Part shown: positions 1 through 13,338 of the stretch, piece by piece
Position numbering within the stretch: position 1 is the first letter of the stretch
Layout of the letters: each line of letters starts with the position of its first letter
The notes under the pieces: generated by a model
Databases searched by the model: none
What the model saw: the letters and a program-made list of their open reading frames with translations, nothing else
What the model was told of the DNA's origin: nothing
Source: Lepidodermella squamata
Taxonomy: Eukaryota > Animalia > Gastrotricha
Assembly: GCA_047495785.1 (NCBI GenBank)
Contig: JBLDXI010000055.1
Location: 1,488,001-1,552,000, forward strand
Reading direction: 5' to 3'
Length of the DNA stretch: 64,000 nt
Translations under genes and position numbers: made by a program

Positions 1-1843
1 GTTTGGATTCTCCGTCGGGGCGCGCCGGGTGCCGGAAAATGCGTTCAAAATCGCACTTAATATCAATTTTCCGAGATTTGGGGTCACCTGGGCGCCCATA
101 GGAGTCTCCTCCTGACCTCATCTTTGGTACAAATGATGTCCCGGGAGTGGGCTATCCAGCAAAACTAACCTCGTCCAGTTTGGATTCTCCGTCGGGGCGC
201 GCCGGGTGCCGGAAAATGCGTTCAAAATCGCACTTAATATCAATTTTCCGAGATTTGGGGTCACCTGGGCGCCCATAGGAGTCTCCTCCTGACCTCATCT
301 TTGGTACAAATGATGTCCCGGGAGTGGGCTATCCAGCAAAACTAACCTCGTCCAGTTTGGATTCTCCGTCGGGGCGCGCCGGGTGCCGGAAAATGCGTAC
401 AAAATCGCACTTAATATCAATTTTCCGAGATTTGGGGTCACCTGGGCGCCCATAGGAGTCTCCTCCTGACCTCATCTTTGGTACAAATGATGTCCCGGGA
501 GTGGGCTATCCAGCAAAACTAACCTCGTCCAGTTTGGATTCTCCGTCGGGGCGCGCCGGGTGCCGGAAAATGCGTACAAAATCGCACTTAATATCAATTT
601 TCCGAGATTTGGGGTCACCTGGGCGCCCATAGGAGTCTCCTCCTGACCTCATCTTTGGTACAAATGATGTCCCGGGAGTGGGCTATCCAGCAAAACTAAC
701 CTCGTCCAGTTTGGATTCTCCGTCGGGGCGCGCCGGGTGCCGGAAAATGCGTTCAAAATCGCACTTAATATCAATTTTCCGAGATTTGGGGTCACCTGGG
801 CGCCCATAGGAGTCTCCTCCTGACCTCATCTTTGGTACAAATGATGTCCCGGGAGTGGGCTATCCAGCAAAACTAACCTCGTCCAGTTTGGATTCTCCGT
901 CGGGGCGCGCCGGGTGCCGGAAAATGCGTTCAAAACCGCACTTAATATCAATTTTCCGAGATTTGGGGTCACCTGGGCGCCCATAGGAGTCTCCTCCTGA
1001 CCTCATCTTTGGTACAAATGATGTCCCGGGAGTGGGCTATCCAGCAAAACTAACCTCGTCCAGTTTGGATTCTCCGTCGGGGCGCGCCGGGTGCCGGAAA
1101 ATGCGTACAAAATCGCACTTAATATCAATTTTCCGAGATTTGGGGTCACCTGGGCGCCCATAGGAGTCTCCTCCTGACCTCATCTTTGGTACAAATGATG
1201 TCCCGGGAGTGGGCTATCCAGCAAAACTAACCTCGTCCAGTTTGGATTCTCCGTCGGGGCGCGCCGGGTGCCGGAAAATGCGTTCAAAACCGCACTTAAT
1301 ATCAATTTTCCGAGATTTGGGGTCACCTGGGCGCCCATAGGAGTCTCCTCCTGACCTCATCTTTGGTACAAATGATGTCCCGGGAGTGGGCTATCCAGCA
1401 AAACTAACCTCGTCCAGTTTGGATTCTCCGTCGGGGCGCGCCGGGTGCCGGAAAATGCGTACAAAATCGCACTTAATATCAATTTTCCGAGATTTGGGGT
1501 CACCTGGGCGCCCATAGGAGTCTCCTCCTGACCTCATCTTTGGTACAAATGATGTCCCGGGAGTGGGCTATCCAGCAAAACTAACCTCGTCCAGTTTGGA
1601 TTCTCCGTCGGGGCGCGCCGGGTGCCGGAAAATGCGTTCAAAACCGCACTTAATATCAATTTTCCGAGATTTGGGGTCACCTGGGCGCCCATAGGAGTCT
1701 CCTCCTGACCTCATCTTTGGTACAAATGATGTCCCGGGAGTGGGCTATCCGGCATAACTAACCTCGTCCAGTTTGGATTCTCCGTCGGGGCGCGCCGGGT
1801 GCCGGAAAATGCGTACAAAATCGCACTTAATATCAATTTTCCG
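1..1843. repeat. 177-bp tandem satellite, about 10.4 near-identical copies (continues beyond the left edge)
   Basis: The unit start GTTTGGATTCTCCGTCGGGGCGCGCC recurs at 1, 178, 355 ... 1771 (period 177). Copies differ at only a few positions. Confidence 0.98.
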
Positions 1844-2095
1844 GCTGATTCTATATTTTTTCGAATTTTACTCTCCACAATTCCAAAATTTGAAAAAACG
1901 CGATTCCCCGTATAAGGAAGGTTTCTAGATGGTTTTCTATAAATTTTGGTTCAAATATACCCTTTTTCGAAATTTTCAAAAACGCATCGTAGCACCGTAG
2001 TGCTACTAATAGCAGTGGTAGCAGCCGCATCGTACTCATATCGTAGCAGTGCTATTTGAGTGCTATTTTTTTCGTATAGTGGCTCATCTCGTACG

Positions 2096-2117
2096 GTTTT
2101 TTATGAAACACCCTGTA
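2096..2117 (-). mobile_element. Possible Tc1/mariner-type terminal inverted repeat end with TA target site
   Basis: TTTTTTATGAAACACCCTG|TA is the reverse complement of TA|CAGGGTGTTTCATAAAAAA, a typical Tc1/mariner-MITE terminus. The partner end is not in the window. Confidence 0.45.
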
Positions 2118-2265
2118 GAGCATCCGGTAGGTATGACATAAATCTGAAAATATCTCCAAAAAGCAGTTTTATTGTTTTCGAAAAATAAGCTCGATCTAAA
2201 ATAACAACACGATCTCAGCAGAAACCCAACAAATACTCGAATAGAAATTTGAAATCACAATGTCA

Positions 2266-3095
2266 TCATTTGCTTTGCGTAAAGCCATACTTTTTCTCCA
2301 GTAGTTCGATATATTTCTCGGCATTTCTAAAATGAAACAGTATAAAATATTAGCATAATCAATCAGGGTACAACTCACATTCCATGTCGAATTATAGAAA
2401 ATTTTCCAGGATTGCACAGATCAATGACAGTCGATCCGCTGCGTTGTTTATCGCAACTATCGGCAATAGCTATTATTTCACCACCGTCAACGACTAGATC
2501 TATTTTCGGCCAGAGATGTGCGAATTCATTGATGCTGAGCGCACTAGGATCACCGCTGCTATTCGCAGATGTCAGTGCCAATGGAACGCCGCCTGGAATG
2601 GTAGCGGCTAGTTTGATTGCGAATTCGCAACCCGGAACCCTAACCCCGAGCCGAGTAAGACCAGGAACGCCAGGTGTAATGGTTGAATTTTCCAATAATT
2701 CAAGTACAAGTGTGATAGGTCCAGGTAGAACTTCCTCGAGGAGACCGTCTGGTAAATGATTAACTTTAACCCACGTAGCCAAATCGGCAGCTTTAGACAT
2801 TGAGACAGCAATGGGTTTCGTTTCAGGCCTGGTTTTCACGTTATAGAGTCGATGAACCGAAGCGGGGCGATTCGCCAAACAAGCCACCCCGTAAATGGTA
2901 TCAGTCGGCATCGCTATGACTCCACCACGTTGCAACACCTCAACTGCCTTAGCTACCAATTCATTCACATTATCTATGTGAAACAAAGATCAAGGACTAT
3001 TTCGACGATTCAAATCAATTCATACCCTTCCCAAGCTTCCAAACGGGGCAAGGTTCTGAATTCTGGCCGTTCGTCAACGCAGGAGTTTGCGTCAT
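2266..3095 (-). CDS. YRDC: Threonylcarbamoyl-AMP synthase (Sua5/YrdC), 3 exons
   Basis: Motifs PTDTIYG, KTRPETKP, PGPITLV, LALTSAN, GSTVIDL. Exons 3095-3026, 2973-2379 and 2326-2266 join in frame through GT-AG introns. Confidence 0.93.
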
Positions 3096-3431
3096 TTTTT
3101 GAAAAAGTTTAACAGCTTGCCGAGTCGAACCAATAAATCTCATAAAAAGCTTTATGAAAAAATAACAGGATTATTGCAAAAATGCATCTCATTTATTTAA
3201 ACATAGGAGCTTTGCCTCTCGAATCGAAAATTATCATTTTAACACGTAAATACATATAACAAAGCTGGGCTTTCTTCACAAAATGCTTTCTAGACGGCAA
3301 TACGTCGGCGTCTTGCCATAAAATAAACAAATGAAAATAGTCGATTATGATGACAATGAATAGCAGAAGATAGCAAGCACATAGTTCTTGTCACGGCGGA
3401 TTGTGGCGTGTAGAAAAAGCAACGGGGTTGG

Positions 3432-4135
3432 TTAGAGTTGGCGAAGACGGGCGAGTCGAGCAGTCAATTCGTCCTGTTCTTGGCTCGCCGCAGTGCTTGC
3501 TCCGACGCCTCCAGCCGCAACGGCTTGAGGCGCGGCGGCTACGGCCGAAGGAGCACCAACAGCTTGGGAAGTTCCCGACTGTGGCAGAGCTTGGTTCAGT
3601 TCTAAACCGGCTTCGTCCGCGATTTGCATCATCAAGGCATCAACCTGGCCCTGTGGCGTCGTCAGAGTTGTCGTACCCACCATCGCGCCCTCCATAACGG
3701 AGCTCTGGACGTCCAGGTTTTCGAATTGTTGCTCGAATCGATCCATCAGATTCGACATTTGCTCGAGGTTCATCGAACGCATCGCGCCTTCCATTGCCTT
3801 GACGACGCCGCCCATCGATTGAGTGACTTGTTTCGTGGTCACGGCGGTTTGCACCCGAGCTGATACGGCATCAACACGAGCGGCCATACGACGGTAGTTG
3901 AGCGCTTGGTTTTTCTGGCGAATCGCATTTTCGGCATGAATACGAGCACCTTCGAGGTTACCGCGGCTAATTTCTTTCTTGGTCTTATTTTTCTCCTCTT
4001 TCTCCTGCTTTTCACTCTTGATAGCATTCCTCTCCAAATCTTTTACGGCCATCTTCAAGTTGAACAGGTATTCTAATTGAATAATTGTTTTAGTATCAAG
4101 CCAAATTAGAAAATAAAAGTAAACTTACTGTCCAT
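3432..4135 (-). CDS. CHMP1: ESCRT-III subunit CHMP1 (Did2/Vps46)
   Basis: A 7-nt first exon gives MDKYLFNLKM. Motifs ARIHAENAIRQKNQALN and MDRFEQQFENLDVQ, C-terminal MIM DELTARLARLR. Confidence 0.95.
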
Positions 4136-4307
4136 TATTTCTCGTCAAAATCGACTAAATTTATAATTAATATTCTAGAATCAATCAGGAACATTTTAAT
4201 GAGCTTGAATTCTAGGTTACAAGAGGATTTTGAAATAATTTCTCGCTAAAATCACATTTATCAGACTGAAATAGGGGCAACAAATTATCTTTGAACACAT
4301 TAATGAT

Positions 4308-5779
4308 TCATCGGGAAGAAGGAATCGATTCTAAGCACACGGCGATGGCCTGCCCACCGCCAATACAAGCCGTGGCTACGCCTCGGAAGGTTTTTGAAGG
4401 GTCTTTATTTTGCATTATGGCAAGTTGGTGGCTCAACGTAACGACGAGACGAGCACCGGTAGCACCTAATGGGTGGCCGATGGCAGTAGCGCCACCGTTT
4501 ACATTGACGCGATTTTCCCAGTCGGGTATGCCGAGCTGCTTTATTGTAACCACAGTCGTCACGGCAAAGGCTTCGTTGATTTCCCATATGTCTACACTCT
4601 CAACAGCCCAATTTGCTTTAGATAAAGCTAGGCGGACAGCGGAAACTGGTTCGATTCCCATGAGCTCGCACTGTCCAGCACTTTGGCCCCATGCAACTAG
4701 ACGGGCTAGACCACGTCCAACAGATGGATCAGCAGCTAGTTTTTGTTTTAAGAGAGATGATGAAATTAACACACACGCAGCAGCTCCGTCGTTCAAGCCT
4801 GAACAGTTTCCAGCAGTGATAGTTGCTTGATGCGATTTTTTGTCGCTTCCATTCGTTATAGTAGTTGAACTAGGCAGATTAAACACAGTGCCCAACTTCG
4901 AGAGTTTTTCAACGGTCAAATTTGGCCGAGGTAGTTCGTCGGTGGCGAAAATTGTCCCGCTGCTCTCAATAGAAACTATTTCAGAGTTAAAGCGGCCCTC
5001 GGCAGAAGCCTGGCCCCAAAGCGAATGAGATCGTAATGCAAATAAATCTTGCTCATGTCTAGAAATGCCATGTAAATGCGCCACGAGTTCAGCTAGAGTA
5101 AAAAAGTTTGAAATAGAATACCGTTAGCGCCAAAACTCACCAGTATCGCCCATTTTACAATGCAGCACTGGGTCGGTCAGCCCATCGTTTACTAGAGAAT
5201 CAACAAGTGGCATATCGCCAAACTTCGGCAAATCGGGTAAGGTAGGAGGTTCAGTCGGCCCCGAGTTGGTACGCGGCGAAATACGCAACCTAATAAGGTG
5301 AGGCGCCTATTCAAGTATAATATAAATTTGACTGATAAGTAAATTTCATGGGCCATACTTGACTCATACTCTCCACGCCACCAGCTACAACCACACTATA
5401 CTCTCCATTTCTTATACCCATTGCAGCATTGACAATAGCTTTCATGCCCGAGCCGCAAACCATATTCACAGTATTCGCTGGGATTTTTGGACTCAGTCCT
5501 GCTTCAACTGAGGCCTGGCGAGCAGTGTTCATGCCACATCCTAAAATAAATAATAGCTCTTTAAATAAAGAATCTTTTAATATATAATAATTTACCTGCA
5601 GACAAAACTTGACCTAAAATAACCTCACCGATTTCTGACTTGTTGATTGCTGTCTTCGTATCCTCTAACGCAGCCTTGATAACAAGTGAGCCTAGCTTCG
5701 AAGCCGGCATGTGCGACAAGGAGCCGCCCATTTTTCCGACAGCCGTTCGTTTTCCGGCGAGCACGATAATATCCTCCAT
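4308..5779 (-). CDS. ACAT2: Acetyl-CoA acetyltransferase (thiolase, cytosolic ACAT2-like), 4 exons
   Basis: RTAVGK; catalytic motifs NMVCGSG, EINEAFA, GHPLGATG and ACIGGG. Confidence 0.88.
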
Positions 5780-6891
5780 AATAAGTTCGAACTACCAGAT
5801 GGGAATTCATGCAATTGATTGAAAATCTGAAGTAGGATAATTTAAATCAACGAGAAGCAAGGTGACAAGGAAGATTCGTTGTTTTTAGCGACAATAAGTC
5901 GATTGATTTGCTTCGGTCAACTTCCCCCTGAATGCACAGGTAGAGAAGGTATCTTTCAAGTCTAAACCGATAGAAACTGACCGATATGACCTTGAGATCA
6001 GTGCTTCCACTAGCACGAACGGATTCCTGTAGATATGTAATATGTACTGGCTGCGCAACGCACAGTCCTTCTATTTGTGGCAGCTAATAACAAGCACTGA
6101 CTGCTGACTGCTGAGGATGACTACAGTCTACAGTCATTTTTACTTATACTTATTGAATCCTGGAAGCATTCCAGAACGAGGAGTAAGTATCCTTAAAGGA
6201 TAGCGCAGCCACTTCAAAATCGAAATCGGAGGCGCGCAAGCTTTTCAGAGACCTTGAAGTAAGTGCTGAAAACATAGAGGGAAGCAATATCAGCAAGTGC
6301 GATTTTCTCGTAATTTTTAAAGCCCTTTCTTATTCACCTCTTGCACATGAATCATGATGAGCGGCACCGCCCAAGGCAAAATAGCATCCCTGGCAAGATA
6401 AAAAAGCTGCGCTACGCAGTAAAAAAAGAGGAAGAAATATGGTTTTCAAACTATTTTATATTAGTTTAAAATCAAACTGTTCATTTGACAACTTCTATTG
6501 CGGATGAAGGTAAAACAAGAAAGTTCGGAATTTGAAAGCAACCTTGACCATATGGCGCGAAATTCTCAAGGCGAAAAAAGAGAAAAGGTAGTGCCAAGTT
6601 GGCTGACCTGGCACCTTTGAACTGAAATCTGAAACTTCTGAAAAGTTATTGTCAACTCTTTTCCGCTTGTTCTTCGGGTATGTCGAAGTACGAAATGCTT
6701 TTAATCATTTTAGATCTACATCATTCCTGTCTTATCATTCGGCCCTAGTATAAAACTCAGTAGCGGCCTAGTTCTATGATAATCGAGGCCTATCCTATGC
6801 GTTACTGAAAAGCCCCGAACAAAGTCTCCGTCTGGGTCATTGCTTGTAGCCTAAAAGAACCTCGTTATTTATAGGTTCCTGTTTTAATTTG

Positions 6892-9144
6892 ATGATATCA
6901 TTGTCTGTCTTCGCGATAATTGTACTCGTCAATCCAAGCTACAGTTTTTCTTACGGGTATTCATGGAAATGGCAAGTTAATAAGACGTCATGTTTCCTCG
7001 GCAGCAGGCAGAGCAACAACATCCTGCATATAAGAGCAGACCGAAATTCTTCTACATTCGTCGTTTCGTGTTTTTCGTTTCAGCACCATGAGCATGGTGC
7101 CATACCGTGTGCCAAGAAAAAGTACGATGTTACGTCCACAACTGAGGAAAGTGCTCACATTCTATGCGGCTGTGTTTTTAATGCGGGAAACTCCATTGCT
7201 TGTGATAATGAATTAACAAGACACAAGGATAACGCTTTTTTCTGCATTAAGGACCTCCAAAATGTAAGCTTGTGTGAGCGTGGTGAGATGTGCGCGGGTA
7301 ATCGAAATGGCTGTGTCTCAGCGTTGAATTGTTTTAATACGTCTGATCAATGTGCCGCGGGCGACGCTCACGCGAACTGCTGTTGTTCTGGTTCGTTTTG
7401 CAACGGTTGGTTTATCAATGCAGTAACAGCTACTACTACTACTGAACGAGCCAAGTCGTTTTTATCTCACGCTGCGATTCCAGTGGCGGTTATTGTTTCC
7501 GCAATGGTGATCGTCCTAATTTGCTTTGTCATGTGGCTTTGGTATCGCTTTAAACGACGGTACAAGTTACCGTTACAAACAAATCGCCCGGATGTTCACG
7601 AAATGCCGCTTCTATCTGAAAAAAGCAACGACGACGAACTGATTGCCAAGGAAATGCCACCACCGCTGACCTTCGCTTCAATTGAGTAAGGTTTTATCTC
7701 GTTTTAAACGTGCATGTTGATAAATTGTTATTGATAGAAAACTAGAAGTATTGTCTCGTGGTCAGCGAGGTACCAGAAGCGTATACACCGCAAAATGTGA
7801 TGGGCAAGTATACGCCGTGAAATATTTCTTGCTAAATGACTACAGCTCTTGGGACGCTGAGTTGAAAATTTATTCGCTTCCGCACATGAATCACGAAAAT
7901 CTACTGAGATTTATAGGATATACTCATGGTGGCCTAAGTGCGGATGGATCTCCTAACGATCATGCTATTTTCACTGAATATATGCCGATGGGGTCTCTTC
8001 AAGACGTGTTGAGACTGCGAGAGGTTTCTTGGGGTAGGTTTCACTACCAACTCTTTTGAGTTGATTTTTATTTTAAATTCTGAATTTTAGATGAAATGCT
8101 CCATATATCTTCCGGCATGATGTGCGGCCTTGCGTATCTTCATTCTGCTATATTATCTCCGGATCCCAAAAAAGCGAAGCCGCCAATCGCTCATCGTGAC
8201 TTTAAAAGCAGAAACGTATTGCTGAAGGGGGATCTTACGTAAGTTTACACATCAAACTGAGGTGGTAGCCTGATTCCTTTGTTTTTAAAACTGCAGCGCC
8301 TGCGTTGCCGACTTCGGTTTAGCCTTACCATTTGACTCGGGCAGGCGCACTTCAAATTGCGGGCAAGTCGGAACCTTGCGTTACATGGCACCTGAGGTTT
8401 TGGATTTAGCGGTAAACTTCAGTTGCGATGCTTTCCTCCGAATCGACGTATACGCCGCTGGTTTGACCTTATGGGAAATTCTCAATCGCTGTTCTAAGCC
8501 TCCAGAACTCAATGCTAGCCGTATATACGAGCAGCCATTCGAAACGCAGCTTAACCAGCATTATCCTCAATGTCATAACCATCCCACGCCTTCTGAAATG
8601 CAAGACATTGTTTTCGTGAAACGACTGAGACCGCAGCTGCCATCGTCGAGCACTGCATCTCAGCATATATATGATCTCATAATAACTATCGAACAAGTAA
8701 GCAAATGGCAGCAATATCCTGCAGAAAGTATAAACATTTCGATTTGTTTTAGTGCTGGGATCACGACAGCGAAGCCAGACCGTCAGCTGGTTGCGTGTTT
8801 AACAGAATTAAACGTATTCAAGACAATACAAGGTATATGAGACTAGCAAAATATTACAATATTGTTTACATTTAATGCACACTCTAAGATCAACTTCATC
8901 AGCTGATGCGCCGAACGGGGCGGATGTTGCGAAAGAAAACGACGAAGTTGAAAGCGTTGAGTCTAATTTAGCAACAGCTGCATCCGGCGATAGAAAGGAT
9001 ACGAGTCTTTCCCAGAACGGAAATTACTCATCAGCAACGCCTTCGCATTTGTTCGACATCTCAGTCAATATTATAGGTAACGGCAGCGGACACGCAAAAC
9101 TAAATGGTAGCTCCAATAACGATGTCTTCAATGGGCCTGTTTGA
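6892..9144 (+). CDS. ACVR2: TGF-beta family type II receptor Ser/Thr kinase (activin receptor type II-like)
   Basis: Signal peptide, Cys-box CCCSGSFCN, one TM helix, no GS box. Kinase motifs AVKYF, HENLLRFIG, HRDFKSRNVLLK, ADFGLA, GQVGTLRYMAPEVL, FLRIDVYA. Confidence 0.85.
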
Positions 9145-9567
9145 AAACCGACTTATATTTCGCGTTTTCTTGCTCAGATATTTGTGTAGTCATAATGATA
9201 GATATTTCTGTTGGTGTCCAGTTTCTTGCCAAGCTGACTAATTTTCACTACTGTACAGAAAAAAATATATTTTAAGGATGATTTGATCGCCAAATCGCTG
9301 CTAAAGATTCGTTCTCTTTAATGCTCGGTGTTTTTGAATTTGAAGCTTTCTAGCTGATAATACGATCGTCAAACGATGATAACGGTCGGTTTTATAAAGT
9401 TTCTTTTTGATTTGAGGTGACTGTACGCGGTGATTATATATAATTTCATTCGTAATTTTTATTGTTGAAATATTTCGCGATGAACAAAAAAAGAATTGTT
9501 TTGCCTCGTAACAGAATTAAACGAGCTAAACTTGTGTAATTATTAATAGTGAGTTTTAATTGATTTA

Positions 9568-12500
9568 ATGGCAACGCCCCTTGTTGGAACAGCTGATGTC
9601 GTGGACGATGACGAAACGAAATGCGGAGCTCATATTCTATACTCGTTCAAAGATTTAGATTTAGTTCTCGGCTTGATAGCGTCGCTGCCATCCGTTTGTA
9701 ACGATCCATACGAATGCGAGCGCGTGATTGAACAGCTTATTATCACAATTGACCGATATCAGGAGCAGCCTCATTTGTTGGATCCGCATCTAGAACTTCT
9801 ATTCGGCAGAATTCTGAAACCTATTATCGAGGAGGATAAATGCTCGAATGAACTGATTAACCTTTCCTTCTCGTGCCTTCATCCACTAATCAAGGTGATT
9901 TTCAAAATATTATTCAATGAATTAGTAAAATTTGTTTCCTCATCAAGGTTCGTGGTTTCAAAAGGGCAACTCGTTACTTGCCACATGACGTGACTAACCT
10001 CGAGCGTGTCTTGACCTTGCTTGAAGCTCAGGAGCTGCACAGTACTACATCCTGGGCTACACGATACTGCCTCATGCTGTGGCTGAGCGTTGTCGCTATA
10101 GTGCCATTCGATTTAGAAAGGTATTCTTCGTTTTCCTAATAATTTATCGAGTAATAACTGGTCTGTTAGGTTCGCTCGCGCGGATCCTGATGGAAAAGGA
10201 AAATTTCTACAGCGACTGGTCAACGTTGGGAAGACATATTTAATGGCGTCAGATATAAGCCAACAAGCTGCAGCGACTTACCTTTCTAAACTTTTCGACC
10301 GATGCGATGCTAAGAAAGAGGGCCTACCTGGCTTTATCGACTGGTCCTGTGAAACCGTGAAGTCGCAGGTTGACTCGAGTAGCGACCTTCCCGCTAGAAT
10401 CTTATATGGCGTTTTGCGGAGTTTGGGTTTGCTGTTCAAACACGGCGCTCGCGAAGACCTGCAGCAGTATGCACCGAAAGTTTTCGAAACAGTCATCTCG
10501 CTCGGCTTTTTACAATCAAACGACATTCTGATCCGAAAGCTGTACTGCAAGCTGATGCAACGACTGTGTTTAGTATTCATGCGGAAAACCGTTGTAAATT
10601 GGCGCTACGAACGCGGTCGTCGTGTTCTGGGCCAAAACGCTGACGGCAACACTAATAAATCGAATGGCAAGGAGAATGACGATTATGAGATAAAGCATGG
10701 CGTCGACCAGAAGTCTCTGACCTATCTCGAAAGAACGATCGCACAAATGATCGCTGGGCTTGGGGATAAAGACGGGCAGGTTCGTTGGTCTGCCGCGAAA
10801 GCTTTGGCAAGAATTTGCGCCCGGTTGCCAGTCGATATGGCTGAACAGGTAATCAAAAGTGTTTTGGGTCTATTTTCCGCTCGTTTGAGTGCCGGTGGGT
10901 GGCACGGCGCGGCTTTGGTTTTGGCTGAATTCGCTCGCCGTGGATTGCTGCGGCACACCATGCTTGCGAATGTCGTACCATTGGTCAGTCAGGCGCTGTT
11001 CTACGACGAAATGCAGGGCAGTTTCTCCTTGGGCGCCCATGTTCGAGACGCGGCTTGCTACGTCTGCTGGGCCTTCGCTCGTGCCTATAAACCGTCGGAT
11101 CTAGCGCCATACGTGCGGCAGCTGGGCTCCGATCTGGTTATGGTCATGCTGTTCGACCGTGAAATTCAGGTGAGACGCGCCGCGGCAGCTGCTTTTCAGG
11201 AAAATGTTGGCAGGCAAGGCACTTTCCATCTGGGAATCGACATCCTATCCATCTGCGACTATTTTTCCACTGGAAATATTCGAACCTGCTATCTCGAACT
11301 CGCATGTTCTGTTGCGAGTCTTGGCGACGGGCAAGAGTACCTTGAGCCGTTTTTCGATCACCTTGTCGAAGTTAAACTCAGCCATTGGGATGCTGAAGTT
11401 CGCGAATTGGCTTCGAAATCGTTCGCGAAACTTCTCCAACTGTCACGAGTACAGCAAGATAAGGACGATCTGGTTCAATCGTTGCTGAACGATTTGATCA
11501 TGACAAACGATCAAAACCGAGCTCACGGCCTGTTGTTAGCTCTAAGCGAAGTTTTCCCCTTGCTCTCGTTATCTGGCAGCGAGAGTCAGCTTATCAAAGT
11601 GGTTCACGACTTTTTCGCGAATCTCAGCTCTCGTTCGATTTTCAAAGGCTTGAAGGGTGAAATCGTTCGTCAAGCAATTTGCAAATTGATCGGCAGTGTT
11701 TGCTCGAGTAAAATCTCAATTCCTAATGAGCTTCTCAATCTGTGGCTGGAATTGATCAGCAGTTATTTCCGCGAATTCGATCTCGTTCTTCACGACGCCG
11801 CTGCTAATGCTGTTACAGTGCTGATGAAGCAAGCGTTAGATCAAGACACGTCGGCTAAATCTGTCATTGAAACGTGGTTTGATGAAGCGAGGGCGTCATC
11901 TTTCCCGCAAACTCGCGGTGGCCTGTTGAAAGCTGTCGCAAAGTTGCCTGTTGAGGTTGTTTCCCAACATCGCGACAAGATTGTTGAACTCCTAGAAACT
12001 TGCTGTTCTATCACTGAAACCACCTTGCTATGGACAGACTCTCGCGTCGCAGCCCTTAAAGCTGTTTCGTCGCTATTCGAAACGCTGCCTATCGATAATT
12101 TCAACGAGGAGAGCGTGAGGCGATTGATCGACATTTCGCTAGTTTGTCTAGAGGATTACACAAGCGATGAGCGAGGCGATGTTGCTGCGTGCGTTCGAGA
12201 ACAAGCTGCTCAAACCCTGTTGTATGTCATCAATCATATAGCTCGTCATAAATTTGCAGTCGACCGAAGCCGCGTCTGCAAAACAATTTCGATTCTGGCT
12301 GGTCAAAGTTGTGAAAAAATATCCAGAACGCGACTGAATGCTAGCCACTGTTTGTTGGGTATTATTCGAAATGAAAACGCGGTTAATTTGAACATTCCTA
12401 ATTTGGCTGAGCTGAGAGAAGTTTTTGCCAAAGTCCCGTTACCACCGCCAGCTGCTGTGATCTGCTCATCAATGCCCGAATGGAGCGAAAATGAGACATT

Positions 12501-13182
12501 CAACCGATTCTCGAAACTGCTAGATCTGCCCGATTATCGCAGCTCAGTATTAAGGGGTTTGCTCATCAGTTGTGGTGATTTGACTGAATCATTGTCACAA
12601 GCCGCCTTTCAAGCGTTGTCTAATTATATTCAAAGCCTGGATTCTGCCGGAAATCGAGAAGTTTTTGGGCGGATATTATCTCTCATGGCCGAAGCTCAAG
12701 CGACCCCTGAAGCCCTAGCTCGTCTAGCCACTGCCTTCGTTAAATCACTGGACAGCTTGGTTACCGGGGGAGCGTTTGATGAAATCCTCGAACAGCAATC
12801 TGTCGATAACAATGACGAACTGTTGGCCAAGTTATATGCCATTCTGGGTAAATTATCGAGGAGTAAAAATTTTCAAAGGGTTCATGCGATTGCCAAGTTG
12901 CTATGTTCCCTTCTCGCCCTGCCTCTCGGCTGTCCGTTGAACAAGCACCCTGCGACTAAACTTATCAGTGTACTGCTAGTCCACCCTTACGCTCGACTGA
13001 GATCTCAAACTGCCGCTGCGTTTTTCGAGGCGATCAGCCTGTCGCCTCCAGACGACTGTGATATAAACGCGGTTTGCAAATTGCTGACCGATACCGACTG
13101 GACTAATACTACGGCCGCTAACAAAGCGAACGGAGATATTTGCAAGCTCATCAATATCACTCCCGGCAAAATTTTGAAGTGA
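9568..13182 (+). CDS. TBCD: Tubulin-specific chaperone D
   Basis: YQEQPHLLDPHLE, VRWSAAK, WHGAALVLAEFARRGLL, VRDAACYVCWAFARAY, AAFQENVGRQG, DYTSDERGDV. Two short introns. Confidence 0.95.
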
Positions 13183-13338
13183 AAAGAATCTTCTCGATGT
13201 TTGTGATTGAAAGAACTCTATGATAATTATGCATTCTGTTGTCGTGATAAGTACCAAAAATTGAGTATATACCACTAATTTTTTGAGTAAATAATGCACG
13301 TTTGCTAAATATTTATTTATTTATTGTCTAGTTATTAA

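Noticed and set aside
1-1843. CRISPR-like array
   Set aside because: The units are contiguous near-identical 177-mers with no unique spacers, in a eukaryotic context.
5780-6890. Possible SL RNA or other ncRNA in the divergent promoter region
   Set aside because: No recognisable Sm-site/donor arrangement or tRNA/snRNA fold could be supported by eye.
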